Assembly: GCA_022824205.1 (NCBI GenBank)
Contig: JAJEAI010000041.1
Location: 856 to 64,855, forward strand
DNA length: 64,000 nt
Direction of reading: 5' to 3'
DNA from: Candidatus Binatia bacterium
GTDB lineage: Bacteria > Desulfobacterota > Binatia > UBA9968 > JAJDTQ01
Shown here piece after piece: positions 48,806 through 58,330 of the stretch; positions within the stretch are counted from its first letter, which is position 1; every line of letters begins with the position of its first letter. A program made the translations under genes and the position numbers. The notes under the pieces were generated by a model. That model did no database searches. It was not told the origin of the DNA and was given only the letters and a program-made list of their open reading frames with translations.

Positions 48806-49981
48806 TCAAGGCCGCTCCAGATGCCGGATCGAACGGAACCGCTCGGAGCCGTCGATCACGGTCAGATACACCCGGTCGGAGCCCTGGTTGTCGGACTCCC
48901 CGTAAAGCAGCATGAAGCCGCCGAGATTGATCGGACCGGCCTCATGCAGCGCACGGATGAACCCCTTGCGCGTGGGGTTCGGTCCGGCCCGGCGCAGCGC
49001 CTCCACGGCGACTCTTCCGGTCAGGTATCCCTCGAGAGAGACGAAACCCGGCTCCGCGCTCGCGGCCACCGCGCGCAACGCCTCGTGGTATTGCCCCACG
49101 ACCGGAATCCACCGGTCGTGGGGAAAGGGCACCACCTGGGTCACCACGACGTCCTTGCCGGACGAGCCCAGCGCCCTTGCCAGCGCCGAGCTGCCGACGA
49201 AGGAAATGTTCACGAAAATGGGATTGAAGTCGAGGTAGCGGGACCACTTGATGAATTCCGCCACGGGCTCGTAGGCGCCGACGATGATGACGGCCTCGGG
49301 ACGGCCCTCGCGCAGATCCAGCACCGCGGTCTTGACCGCACGGGTATTGCGCGGATAGGTGGCCTCCGCCACCAGTGTCATGCCACGCCGGTGGAGCGCC
49401 TGAAGCGTGCCCGAGAGCCCGGCGCGCCCGTAGGAATCGTCCTGGTAGAGGATGCCGATGCGCTTCACCCCCAGGTCCCGGGTCAGGCGCTCGACCATCT
49501 CCTCGGTCTCCTGGTAGTAAGAGGCGCGGACGTTGATGACGGTGGGACGGCGGCGCGCGTCGCGCAGGAACTCCGCGCCCGTGAAGGCGCCGACGTAGGG
49601 AACGCCGGCCTCGGTCGCGATGGGCTCCGCGGCCTTCGACGTCGGCGTGCCCACGGCGCCGATCAACGCGAAGACCTGTTCCTCGTCGATGAGCTGGTTG
49701 GTGTTGGCGATGGCCGCCTCGGGCTCGTAGCGGTCGTCGAGGGTCTCGATGCGCAGTTGCCGTCCGTGAACGCCGCCGTCCCTGTTGGCCTCCTCGAACG
49801 CCGCCGTAATGCCCAGGCGCATCCCTTCCCCCAGGGCCTTGGCCGGGCCGCTCAGTGCGCAGGACTGCCCGAACACGACGGCGCCCGAATTCACGCCCGG
49901 TGTGGTCGCCGGCACCCCGCCCTCTGCCGCCACGGCCACGGACGCCGTGGCGGCCATGGCCCACAGCAACACCACCGCCAC
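48806..49981 (-). CDS. Periplasmic binding protein, LivK/branched-chain amino-acid-binding family (PBP1), possibly a kinase co-sensor
   Basis: VFGQSCALSGPAKALGEGMRLGITAAFEEANRDGGVHGRQL...DDSYG pattern. Start uncertain (GTG 49981 or ATG 49957). The track start at 50116 would overlap the upstream phosphatase by 100 nt. Confidence 0.7.
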   Translation of the reverse strand: MAVVLLWAMAATASVAVAAEGGVPATTPGVNSGAVVFGQSCALSGPAKALGEGMRLGITAAFEEANRDGGVHGRQLRIETLDDRYEPEAAIANTNQLIDEEQVFALIGAVGTPTSKAAEPIATEAGVPYVGAFTGAEFLRDARRRPTVINVRASYYQETEEMVERLTRDLGVKRIGILYQDDSYGRAGLSGTLQALHRRGMTLVAEATYPRNTRAVKTAVLDLREGRPEAVIIVGAYEPVAEFIKWSRYLDFNPIFVNISFVGSSALARALGSSGKDVVVTQVVPFPHDRWIPVVGQYHEALRAVAASAEPGFVSLEGYLTGRVAVEALRRAGPNPTRKGFIRALHEAGPINLGGFMLLYGESDNQGSDRVYLTVIDGSERFRSIRHLERP

Positions 49982-50015
49982 GTGTCGCGCAAACCGCCTC
50001 GAGTCGATGGGGCCG

Positions 50016-51224
50016 CTAGCCTCCGAGATAGCGCAATGCCACACAGGTAATGTCGTCCGATTGCGGGTTCCCGGCGGCGAACTCACGCACCCGGTCGAGC
50101 ACCCGGGAGGTGACATCGTCGCACGAGGTGTCGTCGAGCGTGGCGAGCAACGCGTCGAGCCGTTCCTCGCCGAGTTCCTCCGAGCCCGGCCCCTCGGCCT
50201 CGGTGACGCCGTCCGTGTAGAAGAACAGCATGTCGCCGGCCTCTAGCTGGAGGGATTCCTGGCTGAATGCGTGGCCAGGAAGCACTCCCAGCGCCAGGTC
50301 ACGGGTGGTGGGCAGGGCCGCCACCTGCCCGCCCCTGTGCACGACGCGGGGCGGGTTGTGGCCACCGTTGCAGTAGTTGAAGACGCCGCTCACGGAGTCG
50401 AAAACGCCGTAGAACAGGGTCACGAACATGCAGCTTTCGTTGTCTTCGGCCAGCAGGTTATTGACGTACGCCAGACACTCGTCCGGCCGTCCGCCCTCCA
50501 GCGCGTGGCTTCGGAGCAGCGTGCGGCAGGCCATCATGAACAGCGCGGCCGGAACGCCCTTGCCCGACACGTCGCCGATGGCCAGGCCGATCTTGTCCTC
50601 TCCCAGGGGAACGAAGTCGTAGAAGTCGCCCCCGACCTCCTTCGCCGGAACCATGAGCCCATGCGTGTTGTAGCGCGCGGTGGAGGGAAAGCTGCGCGGC
50701 AGCACCGACGCCTGCATGTCCCGCGCCACGTCCAACTCCCGGCTCAGGGCCACCAACTGGTCCCGGTTGGACAACGCCTCGCGCACCAGCGCCAGGTGCT
50801 TCAGGGTCTTGTCGATGGTGATCTCGAGATCGGTGAAGTCGATGGGCTTGGTGACGAAATCGAACGCCCCGCGGTTCATCGCCGTGCGGATGTTGTTCAT
50901 GTCGCCGTAGGCCGACACGATCACCGAGCGAATGTTGGGTTTGGTCTCGTTGAGTTGCTTGAGTAGCGCGAGGCCATCCATCACGGGCATGTTGATGTCG
51001 GAGATGACCATCGCGATGTCGTCATCCACATCGAGCTTCTCGATGGCCTCCTGTCCGTTGTGCGCAAAGTCAAACACCAACTCGTTCCGGCGGATGCGCC
51101 GGCGGAACTTCTGCAACACCAGGGTCTCGAGATCCACCTCGTCGTCCACGACCAGAATCTTGATGGGCCCCTCCGTCGCCTCGGACAAAGCCTCGGAGAT
51201 GGCGTCTTCCAGGTTATCCGGCAT
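50016..51224 (-). CDS. Response regulator receiver fused to PP2C-type serine phosphatase (RsbU/SpoIIE-like)
   Basis: IKILVVDDEVD...VISDINMPVMDG receiver domain, then VGGDFYDF...GDVSGKGVPAALFM PP2C motifs. Start re-derived (ATG 51224), overlapping the STAS gene by 11 nt. Confidence 0.85.
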   Translation of the reverse strand: MPDNLEDAISEALSEATEGPIKILVVDDEVDLETLVLQKFRRRIRRNELVFDFAHNGQEAIEKLDVDDDIAMVISDINMPVMDGLALLKQLNETKPNIRSVIVSAYGDMNNIRTAMNRGAFDFVTKPIDFTDLEITIDKTLKHLALVREALSNRDQLVALSRELDVARDMQASVLPRSFPSTARYNTHGLMVPAKEVGGDFYDFVPLGEDKIGLAIGDVSGKGVPAALFMMACRTLLRSHALEGGRPDECLAYVNNLLAEDNESCMFVTLFYGVFDSVSGVFNYCNGGHNPPRVVHRGGQVAALPTTRDLALGVLPGHAFSQESLQLEAGDMLFFYTDGVTEAEGPGSEELGEERLDALLATLDDTSCDDVTSRVLDRVREFAAGNPQSDDITCVALRYLGG

Positions 51225-51567
51225 TGATGGCGTCCTGTCGCGTGGGATGGATCGCCAGGATCTCGCTGAAGCCGCTGATCTTGAACACCTCGGCGATGTG
51301 GTCCCGCATGGCGCAGAGGACGATCTTGCGGCCCCCCGCCTGCAACTGCTTCGCCGCCAGCAGCAGCACCCGGAGCCCGGCGCTGCTGATGTATTCGATG
51401 TTCTCGAAGTCAACGACGAGCGAGCCCTTGCCTCCCTCGATGAGTTTCAACAGAGACTCCTGGAAAGGGCTGGCCGTGCTGCCATCAATGCGGCCCGCGG
51501 GAATGACCACGGTGGTGTCACCCTCGGTCTCCGTGGTGAAGTCCAAAACGCTTCCGGTTGCCATCAA
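51214..51567 (-). CDS. STAS-domain anti-sigma factor antagonist (RsbV/SpoIIAA-like)
   Basis: VVDFENIEYISSAGLRVLLLAAKQLQAGGRKIVLC, with the conserved phospho-Ser context (SSAGL). Confidence 0.8.
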   Translation of the reverse strand: MMATGSVLDFTTETEGDTTVVIPAGRIDGSTASPFQESLLKLIEGGKGSLVVDFENIEYISSAGLRVLLLAAKQLQAGGRKIVLCAMRDHIAEVFKISGFSEILAIHPTRQDAINAG

Positions 51568-52013
51568 CAGTCTCCTTTCACGGGGGCGCGTAGAGTAACT
51601 CGGTTGTATCCGTCAATTCGTTCGTAATCGGGGTTCGGAAACAGGGTCTTGGTCAGAAACACGCCGAGCCCGCCGATGGGACGGTCGTCGATGGAGGCGT
51701 GAAGATCGGGCTCGGCGACTTCCTCGAACGGATTGAAGGCAATCCCGCTGTCATCGAGTTGGGCCACCACCTCGTCCGCCTCGATGCGCAACTCCACCCG
51801 CAGTTCCTGCCGGTCCGCATTCGCGAACCCGTACGAAATCGTGTTGGTCGCCAGTTCGTCCAGCGCGAGGCTCAGGTTGTGAATCTGCGCCTCGGAAAGT
51901 CCATTGGCCTCACCAAAGCGCGCAACCGCCTCGGCCAGGTCCTTGAGCGCCGACGAGAGCTCGGGCTCGAGGTCGACGGAAAGCCGGGGAAGCGCTGTCT
52001 TCATGACGGTCAT
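51564..52013 (-). CDS. Anti-sigma regulatory factor, Ser/Thr protein kinase (RsbW/SpoIIAB-like HATPase)
   Basis: LALDELATNTISYGF N-box-like motif and GGLGVFL G-box. 4-nt overlap with the STAS gene. Confidence 0.75.
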   Translation of the reverse strand: MTVMKTALPRLSVDLEPELSSALKDLAEAVARFGEANGLSEAQIHNLSLALDELATNTISYGFANADRQELRVELRIEADEVVAQLDDSGIAFNPFEEVAEPDLHASIDDRPIGGLGVFLTKTLFPNPDYERIDGYNRVTLRAPVKGDC

Positions 52014-52093
52014 CTCGAACAGCGTACCTGTTCTAGTCTACTTGGAGCCACGATTTGAACCAGTGAGAAGTTAATAGATCAAACGATACCATG

Positions 52094-52579
52094 TCAACAA
52101 CCACCGGAGAGTCCTTCCTTCACCCATCGCGCGAGAGCCTTCTCCGGGTCCGCGATCTCTTCCACCGAGGCGTACCAGTAGGCCTCCCAGCCGGACCGCG
52201 GAAGACCGGTGAAGAGCATCAGGTTCAGCGGATACACCTCGCTGTCGGTGCAGCGCCTGAAGTCGTCCCGGAAGAGGAAAACCGGCTTCTCCCAGGCGAT
52301 GGCCATGCCCAGCTCCACCATGACGCCCTCGTCCGGGGGACAGCCGTTGACCACCGCGAACAGGCCGTCCGCTTCGCGCACGTCCCGGAGATCGGCCTGC
52401 CCCACGCGGTACGCCCAGCCGGCCTCCGCCGTGTCCACCTGGTTGTTGCGCGCGAACGGCTCCCACACCTCCACTCCCAGCGCTTCCAGCGCCGCCGTCA
52501 GCACCGCCAGCGGCCCCTCCCGCTGCTGCGCCGAGAAGCCGTAGGGATTGGCCAGGTAAAGGGTCTTCGTGGAAGCCAT
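52094..52579 (-). CDS. Nucleoside 2-deoxyribosyltransferase-family protein
   Basis: MASTKTLYLANPYGFS...VNGCPPDEGVMVELGMAIAWEKPVFLF. Start moved to ATG 52579. Confidence 0.6.
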   Translation of the reverse strand: MASTKTLYLANPYGFSAQQREGPLAVLTAALEALGVEVWEPFARNNQVDTAEAGWAYRVGQADLRDVREADGLFAVVNGCPPDEGVMVELGMAIAWEKPVFLFRDDFRRCTDSEVYPLNLMLFTGLPRSGWEAYWYASVEEIADPEKALARWVKEGLSGGC

Positions 52580-52651
52580 GGCACTCGTGTGCCATGCCGG
52601 TCGCACGCGTGCAAGCCGGCACGACCCGTCTGCTCAAGTGGCGGCCGTGGT

Positions 52652-53980
52652 TCAGGCGAGGGCCGCGTCGTTGCGGGCGCGGGCGGTGACGACGAGCAGG
52701 AAGAGCATGACCGCGAGCAGCGTGGCGCAGCTCAGCCCCAGGGACCACTGGATGCCGACCACGCCGCCCATGATGCCCACGGTGACGCCGCTGAAGGTGC
52801 GCAGGCCGAGGCCGGACATGATGAACAGGCCGATCAACTGCCCGCGCAGGTGCGCCGGCGAGATGAGCTGGACCAGCGTTTGCGACATGGTGAGGAAGGC
52901 CAGGTTCAGGAAACCGGCCAGGAACAGCAGGCCCACCGCCACGTAGAAGTACGGCGTGAACGCAAAGATGCCAAGGGCCACGCACCACAGGATGGCCAGG
53001 ACCACGGCCGTGCGCGCCCGCGCCTGCAGGAACCCGCGACTCTCCAGCAGCACGCCGCTCGCGAAGGCGCCGGCGCCGTTGGCCGCCAGCAGCACGCTGT
53101 AGCCCGCCTCGCCCTGGCCCAGCCTGAGCGCGAAGCCGGGCATCTGCGCCTGGAAGGCGTTGCCCACGATGAGCGAGGAGAGGCCCACGAGGCACACCAT
53201 GGAGACGATGACGCGGTTGGCGCGGGCCTCGCGCAGGGCCTCCAGGGAACGCGCCCAGGTGGCCCGGCGGGCCTTTACGGTCTTGGTGCTGGCGCCGTGT
53301 CCCGTATAGGGAACGGTGAAGAGCCACAGGGTCAGGGGGATGTAGAACATGGCGTTCACCACCAGGCCCCATGCCGGGCCCAGGTAGAACATCATCAAGC
53401 CGCCCACGGCCGGCCCCGCGAGGATGCCCAACTGCCGTCCGGTGGCGTTGAGGCGGACCGCGCTCTGGAGATACTCCGGGCCCACCATGTCGTGGAGGAT
53501 GAGCTGGCTTCCGGGACTCCACAGCACCCCGGCGACGCCGTGCACCACCAGCAGCGCACACGCACGCCATACCGTGAGCGTCTCCGTGATGATGAACCAG
53601 GCCCAGGCGATGGTCAGCACGAAGTACAGCACCATGGCCCACTGGATCACCCGGCGGCAGTCGAAACGGTCCGACAAAAGGCCCACGTACCAGGACAGCA
53701 GCAGGAATGGCGACCAGTGGCTGATGACCGCGAAGCCCTGGAGCTCCGGCCACTTGAAGAGTTCGAAAATGACCCAGTAGCTGATGACGTGCTCGATGTT
53801 GTCCGCCATCATGGACAGCATCGTAAAGCAGAAGTAGGCGCGGAAGTGGCGGTGGCGAAGCGCCGCGAAGGAAACGGTGGATTGGGCGACGTCCTTGTAC
53901 GATCCGTCCTGGCGTGCGGCATCCGACGACTGCCCGGTGCGGACTCTCTGGGCGGCCGGTCGTGAGGAAGACTCTGGCAT
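52652..53980 (-). CDS. MFS transporter
   Basis: 12-TM hydrophobic pattern, including an MFS loop motif. Start moved to MPESSSRP (ATG 53980). Confidence 0.75.
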   Translation of the reverse strand: MPESSSRPAAQRVRTGQSSDAARQDGSYKDVAQSTVSFAALRHRHFRAYFCFTMLSMMADNIEHVISYWVIFELFKWPELQGFAVISHWSPFLLLSWYVGLLSDRFDCRRVIQWAMVLYFVLTIAWAWFIITETLTVWRACALLVVHGVAGVLWSPGSQLILHDMVGPEYLQSAVRLNATGRQLGILAGPAVGGLMMFYLGPAWGLVVNAMFYIPLTLWLFTVPYTGHGASTKTVKARRATWARSLEALREARANRVIVSMVCLVGLSSLIVGNAFQAQMPGFALRLGQGEAGYSVLLAANGAGAFASGVLLESRGFLQARARTAVVLAILWCVALGIFAFTPYFYVAVGLLFLAGFLNLAFLTMSQTLVQLISPAHLRGQLIGLFIMSGLGLRTFSGVTVGIMGGVVGIQWSLGLSCATLLAVMLFLLVVTARARNDAALA

Positions 53981-54205
53981 GGTGCAGCAGCGAGTGTGGC
54001 ACGAAGGCCCTTGGGAGACAACTCTCGCGTCAAATACATGACACCTACTCCCTGCCATCACACCCTGCTTATCCCTACTCTTTCCTGCATCTTCCTATTT
54101 CTTCCTACTTCTTGCGAACCGGACCGGACTTGTGGTATGGCATCTTGTAACGTTGCGTTGATCAACGTAACCCCTGAAGAATTCTAAGTTAAAGGAGAGC
54201 GCACG

Positions 54206-55129
54206 ATGAAGAAGCTGGTTCTGGAGAGCACCGCGCCGTTTCAAGGACTGTGCGAGTTGGTGGCCTACAACGAAGGACTGTTCGAGAAGGAAGGCCTGCA
54301 GGTCGAGTTCGCCGACAGGGGGACGGGCGACATCCAGACCCACACCGACCTCACCAACCCGAAGGACGCCAACCCCCATGCGAGCCACGGCATGCTCTTC
54401 GAGCAGGGCAAGGCCGACATGTACAACGCGTGCGAGTGGGGCAACTACTGCCGCGTGCAGGATTCGGTGGTCGACAACGGCCGGCAGATCGGCCGCCGCT
54501 CCATCATCGCGTACTCCGGGCTGGTCGTCCGGCCCGACTCGCCCGTGCAGACGGCCCAGCAACTCGCCAATCGCCTGGTGGGCGTGCCGTTCTACTTCGG
54601 CACCCACTACCTGGCCCTGCACATGCTCGAGGGCTTCCTCACCCGCGACCAGATCAATCTCTGCCAGGCCCCGCGGGGCTCCCGCTACCGCCTGGAATCG
54701 GTGATGAAGGGCGAGATCGAGTCCACCACTTTGACCGAGCCGTACCTGACGCTGGCGGAGAAGAAGGGTTGCCGCATCGTGGTGGCCGCCTCGCTGCATG
54801 GCACCGAGGTCGCCGCGGACTCCGTGGACGCCGAGACCTACGCGATGTTCAACCGCGCCGTGCGCGAAGCCGTGCGCCGGGTCAACGCCGACAAGAGAAA
54901 GTACCTCCAGTACTTCATCGACTACCACAAGGACGATCCGGAGATCGCCGCACTGACCGTCGACGACCTGCGCGAGAGCCGCCTCGTCGTCGTGGATCCG
55001 GCGCCGATTCCCGCCGAGGAGCTGGAACGGACCGCGGCCTGGATCAAGAGTTGGGGTCTGCTCGACGAGGACAAGCCGGCCGTGGAGCTGGTGAATCCGG
55101 AGGTCCAGTCGAGCGGCCACGCAGTGTAG
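54206..55129 (+). CDS. NMT1/THI5-like (SsuA/TauA-type substrate-binding fold) protein without an obvious signal peptide
   Basis: MKKLVLESTAPFQGLCELVAYNEGLFEKEGLQVEF...; shows the periplasmic-binding-protein type 2 pattern. Confidence 0.55.
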   Translation: MKKLVLESTAPFQGLCELVAYNEGLFEKEGLQVEFADRGTGDIQTHTDLTNPKDANPHASHGMLFEQGKADMYNACEWGNYCRVQDSVVDNGRQIGRRSIIAYSGLVVRPDSPVQTAQQLANRLVGVPFYFGTHYLALHMLEGFLTRDQINLCQAPRGSRYRLESVMKGEIESTTLTEPYLTLAEKKGCRIVVAASLHGTEVAADSVDAETYAMFNRAVREAVRRVNADKRKYLQYFIDYHKDDPEIAALTVDDLRESRLVVVDPAPIPAEELERTAAWIKSWGLLDEDKPAVELVNPEVQSSGHAV

Positions 55130-55207
55130 CGGCCGCCGGCGAAAGGCCCGGCTGAGCCGCATGAGCGCCTCCGTGGGGAGGCAGACACACTACGGTACAC
55201 CATCGAG

Positions 55208-55250
55208 AAAACGGGAAGGCCCGATCGGGTCTTCCCGTTTCTGCTTTCTC
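55208..55250 (+). terminator. Rho-independent terminator: 10-bp perfect stem aaacgggaag/cttcccgttt, palindromic loop, then a T-rich tail ctgctttctc
   Basis: Seen directly 80 nt after the 54206..55129 stop. Supports a downstream-gene start after 55250. Confidence 0.6.
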
Positions 55251-55307
55251 CCCCGGGGGTGCCCGCCGACCCGACCCTCGACCGTCACGGGCGGCACGTC
55301 GTCGTTG

Positions 55308-56102
55308 GTGGGCAACCGCCGGCGCCCGGAGTTGGACGCGCTTCGGCGACGATTCCTCCGGCGGGTCCTGGCGCGTTGCGTCCTCGCGTGTTTCATCCTG
55401 GCCGCCCCATCACCGGCCGCCAGCCAAGCCGCGGACCCCGCCGAATCCCGAGCCCCCGCTCATCAGCGCGTTTCCCGCGGCACCGGCACCCTCGCCGGCA
55501 CCCTGCGCTTCGGCGGCAGCCCGCCGCGGCCCGGCGTATTGCGCGTCTACAAGGAACGAGCCTTCTGCGGCTCCAGCGTTCCCGACCAGAGTCTCGTCAT
55601 CGGCTCCGCGGGCGGCCTGAAGAACGTCGTCGTGACGCTGAGCGGAACGGGTCTGCAAGGGCACTCGCGGCCGCCCGGCGCCATCCAGCTCGACAACGTC
55701 GGCTGCCGCTTCGCCCCCCACGTGCAGGCGACGCAGGTGGGCAGCACCCTCCTCCTCCTGAACAGCGACCCCATCCTCCACGACGCGCACGCGCGCCTGG
55801 GGCGGCGCACCGTGTTCAACGACGGCCTGCCCTGGTGGCGCCGGGTCAAGCGCACCCTGGACCGGCCCGGCCTCCTCAAGATCATCTGCGAGCTGCACCA
55901 CGCGTGGATGAGTGCCTACATCATCGTGGCGCCCAACCCGTTCTTCGCGGTGACCGACTCACGCGGCCGTTACGTGATCGAGGATATCCCGCCGGGAGCT
56001 TACGAAGCGCGCTTCTGGCATGAACGGCTAGACGAGACGTCGCGGCGGGTGGTGGTGAAAGCCGGGGAAGAGCGGCAGATGGACGTGCTTCTGCCGCCCT
56101 GA
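55308..56102 (+). CDS. Secreted cupredoxin (plastocyanin/azurin-like) domain protein with a C-terminal carboxypeptidase-regulatory-like domain
   Basis: Tat-like signal LRRRFLRRVLARCVLACFILAAPSPAASQA; cupredoxin pattern FAPHVQATQVGSTLLLLNSDPILHDAHA ... CELHHAWM (His, Cys, His, Met ligands); and FAVTDSRGRYVIEDIPPGAYEARF. Start uncertain (GTG 55308 or TTG 55332). Confidence 0.55.
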   Translation: MGNRRRPELDALRRRFLRRVLARCVLACFILAAPSPAASQAADPAESRAPAHQRVSRGTGTLAGTLRFGGSPPRPGVLRVYKERAFCGSSVPDQSLVIGSAGGLKNVVVTLSGTGLQGHSRPPGAIQLDNVGCRFAPHVQATQVGSTLLLLNSDPILHDAHARLGRRTVFNDGLPWWRRVKRTLDRPGLLKIICELHHAWMSAYIIVAPNPFFAVTDSRGRYVIEDIPPGAYEARFWHERLDETSRRVVVKAGEERQMDVLLPP

Positions 56103-56135
56103 CCGGAAAGCCCAAGGCAACGGCGCCCCCTCCCC

Positions 56136-56388
56136 GTCATTCCCACGAAACCGGCTGTGTCAAAACACTATCTGAGAGAGGCAACAACCCACCGAAACGT
56201 CATTGATATGAAAATAAATCTTGTTCAATGATTTTTGGTAGTTATGGAATCCCGCTACACCCCACCGAGTCATTCCCGCGGAAGCGGGAATCCAGGCGGG
56301 GTGGGGCCGGGCAATGAGGTCGCCACACCCCCACCCCTGGATTCCCGCCCCCGATCGGGGTCGGGGGCAAGCTTCCGCGGGAATGACG
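56136..56388. repeat. REP/MITE-like repeat cluster with a 45-bp AT-rich insert
   Basis: gtcattcccacgaaaccggctgtgtcaa (56136-56163); the AT-rich segment cattgatatgaaaataaatcttgttcaatgatttttggtagttatgg (56199-56245); and the nested IR gtcattcccgcggaagcgggaatccagg...cctggattcccgcc...ccgcgggaatgacg (56270-56388). Confidence 0.8.
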
Positions 56389-56398
56389 TTTCGGTGGG

Positions 56399-57070
56399 TC
56401 AAGACTCGGCGGGGATACTGGCCCTCAGGCGTCTGACGCCTTCGGCGGCGCCCCCGGGCGCCTTGTAGACGGAGGAGCCGGCCACCAGCAGCCGCGCGCC
56501 GGCGGCCACGACCCGCGCGGCGTTGTCCGGACCGATGCCGCCGTCGATCTCCACGGCGGTTTCCAGGCCGCGGTCGTCGAGCATGCGCCGGAGGCGGCGC
56601 AGCTTGTCCACGCTGCTATCGAGGAAGCTCTGGCCGCCGAAGCCCGGGTTCACGCTCATGATCAGGATCTGGTCCAGGTCCGGCAGGACCTCGTCCAGCG
56701 TGGCCAGCGGCGTGGCGGGGTTGAGCACCACGCCGGCCTTCTTGCCCAGGGTCTTGATCTGCTGCACGGTGCCGTGGAGATGCGCGCAGGCCTCCTGATG
56801 CACCAGCAGCGTGTCCGCGCCGGCCTTGGCGAAGTCTTCCAGGGAGCGCTCCGGCTCGACGATCATCAGGTGCACGTCCAGGGGCAGTTCGGTGCTGCGG
56901 CGCGCCGCCTCGACGATGAGCGGGCCGATGGTGATGTTGGGCACGAAGCGGCCGTCCATCACGTCCACGTGGATGCCGTCGGCGCCGGCCTCGTCCACCT
57001 CGGCGATCTGTTGCCCGAGGGTGCGAAAATCCGCGGAGAGGATGGAGGGGAGTATCTCGATTGCGCTCAT
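56399..57070 (-). CDS. rpe: Ribulose-phosphate 3-epimerase
   Basis: MSAIEILPSILSADF...IHVDVMDGRFVPN...PGFGGQSF. Confidence 0.9.
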   Translation of the reverse strand: MSAIEILPSILSADFRTLGQQIAEVDEAGADGIHVDVMDGRFVPNITIGPLIVEAARRSTELPLDVHLMIVEPERSLEDFAKAGADTLLVHQEACAHLHGTVQQIKTLGKKAGVVLNPATPLATLDEVLPDLDQILIMSVNPGFGGQSFLDSSVDKLRRLRRMLDDRGLETAVEIDGGIGPDNAARVVAAGARLLVAGSSVYKAPGGAAEGVRRLRASIPAES

Positions 57071-57122
57071 AGGGTCCTCGGTCGTCCGGCTCGCCGTCCA
57101 GCTCCGCTCATGCTTCCATCGC

Positions 57123-58268
57123 TCAGGACGGATCGCCGCCGCGATCCGCCGCCTTCCGGCATTCCGCCTCGACCGCCGCCAGCAGCTTGTCGAACGCCTC
57201 GGAGAAGAGCCGTACGCCGTCGTCGAGGAGCTTGTCGGTCACTTCCTTCATGGACACGCCCGCGGCCTCGAGCGCCGCCATGGTCTCGGCCGCGCCCTCC
57301 ACGTCCTCCTCCAGGCTCTGCCGCGCCTTGCCGTGGTCACGGAACGCGTCCAGCGTGGCCGGCGGAATGGTGTTGACCGTGTCCGCGCCGACGAGCTCGT
57401 CGACGTACAGCACGTCGGGGTAGTCCGGGTTCTTGGTGCTGGTGCTGGCCCAGAGGAGCCGTTGAGGCCGGGCACCCTTGCCCGACAATGCCTGCCAGCC
57501 CTCGCCCTGGAGGATCTCCTTGTAGCGCTTGTACGTGACCTTGGCGTTGGCGATGGCCACCTTGCCCATGAGGGCGCGCAGACGTTCCTTCTCGCCGTCG
57601 CCGGCGCTCTCCATGCGCTTCATCAGAGTGTCGTCCACCAGCGAATCGATGCGCGAGATGAAAAAGCTCGCGACGCTGGCGATGCGCGCCACGTCGCGGC
57701 CGTCGGCCGCGGCCTTGGCGAGCCCCCGGATGTACGCCTGGGCCACCTGCTCGTAGGCTTCCCGGGCGAACAGCAGGGTCACGTTGACGCTGATCCCCTC
57801 GCCGATCAGGCGTTCGATGGCGGGCACCCCCGCGGCCGTGCCAGGCACCTTGATCATCAGGTTGTCCCGTGCCACCGTGTTCCACAGCCGCCGGGCCTCT
57901 GCCACCGTCCCCTCGGTGTCGTGGGCCAGGTAGGGCGACACTTCCAGGCTGACGTAGCCGTCGCGTCCGTCGGTCTCGTCGTAGACGGTCCGCAGCACGT
58001 CCGCCGCCTCCTGGATGTCGCGGGTGGCGATGGCCTCGTAGACGGCCTTGGGCTCGGCCGATGGGTCACCGCCCGTGCGCGCGATGAGGTCGTCGTAGTC
58101 GTCGCTGTCCGCGATGGCCTTCTCGAAGATGGCCGGATTGGACGTGACCCCCTTGAGGCCGTCTTCGTCCACCAGGCGCCGCAACTCGCCGCCCGTGAGC
58201 AGCTTCCGCTGGATGAAGTCAAGCCAGACGGACTGGCCGTGTTCGTTCAGGGCTTTCAACGGGTTCAT
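57123..58268 (-). CDS. tal: Transaldolase
   Basis: MNPLKALNEHGQSVWLDFIQRKLL...GVTSNPAIF is the transaldolase signature. Start moved to ATG 58268 with GGAGGA RBS. Confidence 0.9.
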   Translation of the reverse strand: MNPLKALNEHGQSVWLDFIQRKLLTGGELRRLVDEDGLKGVTSNPAIFEKAIADSDDYDDLIARTGGDPSAEPKAVYEAIATRDIQEAADVLRTVYDETDGRDGYVSLEVSPYLAHDTEGTVAEARRLWNTVARDNLMIKVPGTAAGVPAIERLIGEGISVNVTLLFAREAYEQVAQAYIRGLAKAAADGRDVARIASVASFFISRIDSLVDDTLMKRMESAGDGEKERLRALMGKVAIANAKVTYKRYKEILQGEGWQALSGKGARPQRLLWASTSTKNPDYPDVLYVDELVGADTVNTIPPATLDAFRDHGKARQSLEEDVEGAAETMAALEAAGVSMKEVTDKLLDDGVRLFSEAFDKLLAAVEAECRKAADRGGDPS

Positions 58269-58330
58269 GTCATTGTCCTCCATTGGAAGTAACCGCTCGT
58301 CCACACACTCCGGGCGAAACCCTACGAATA

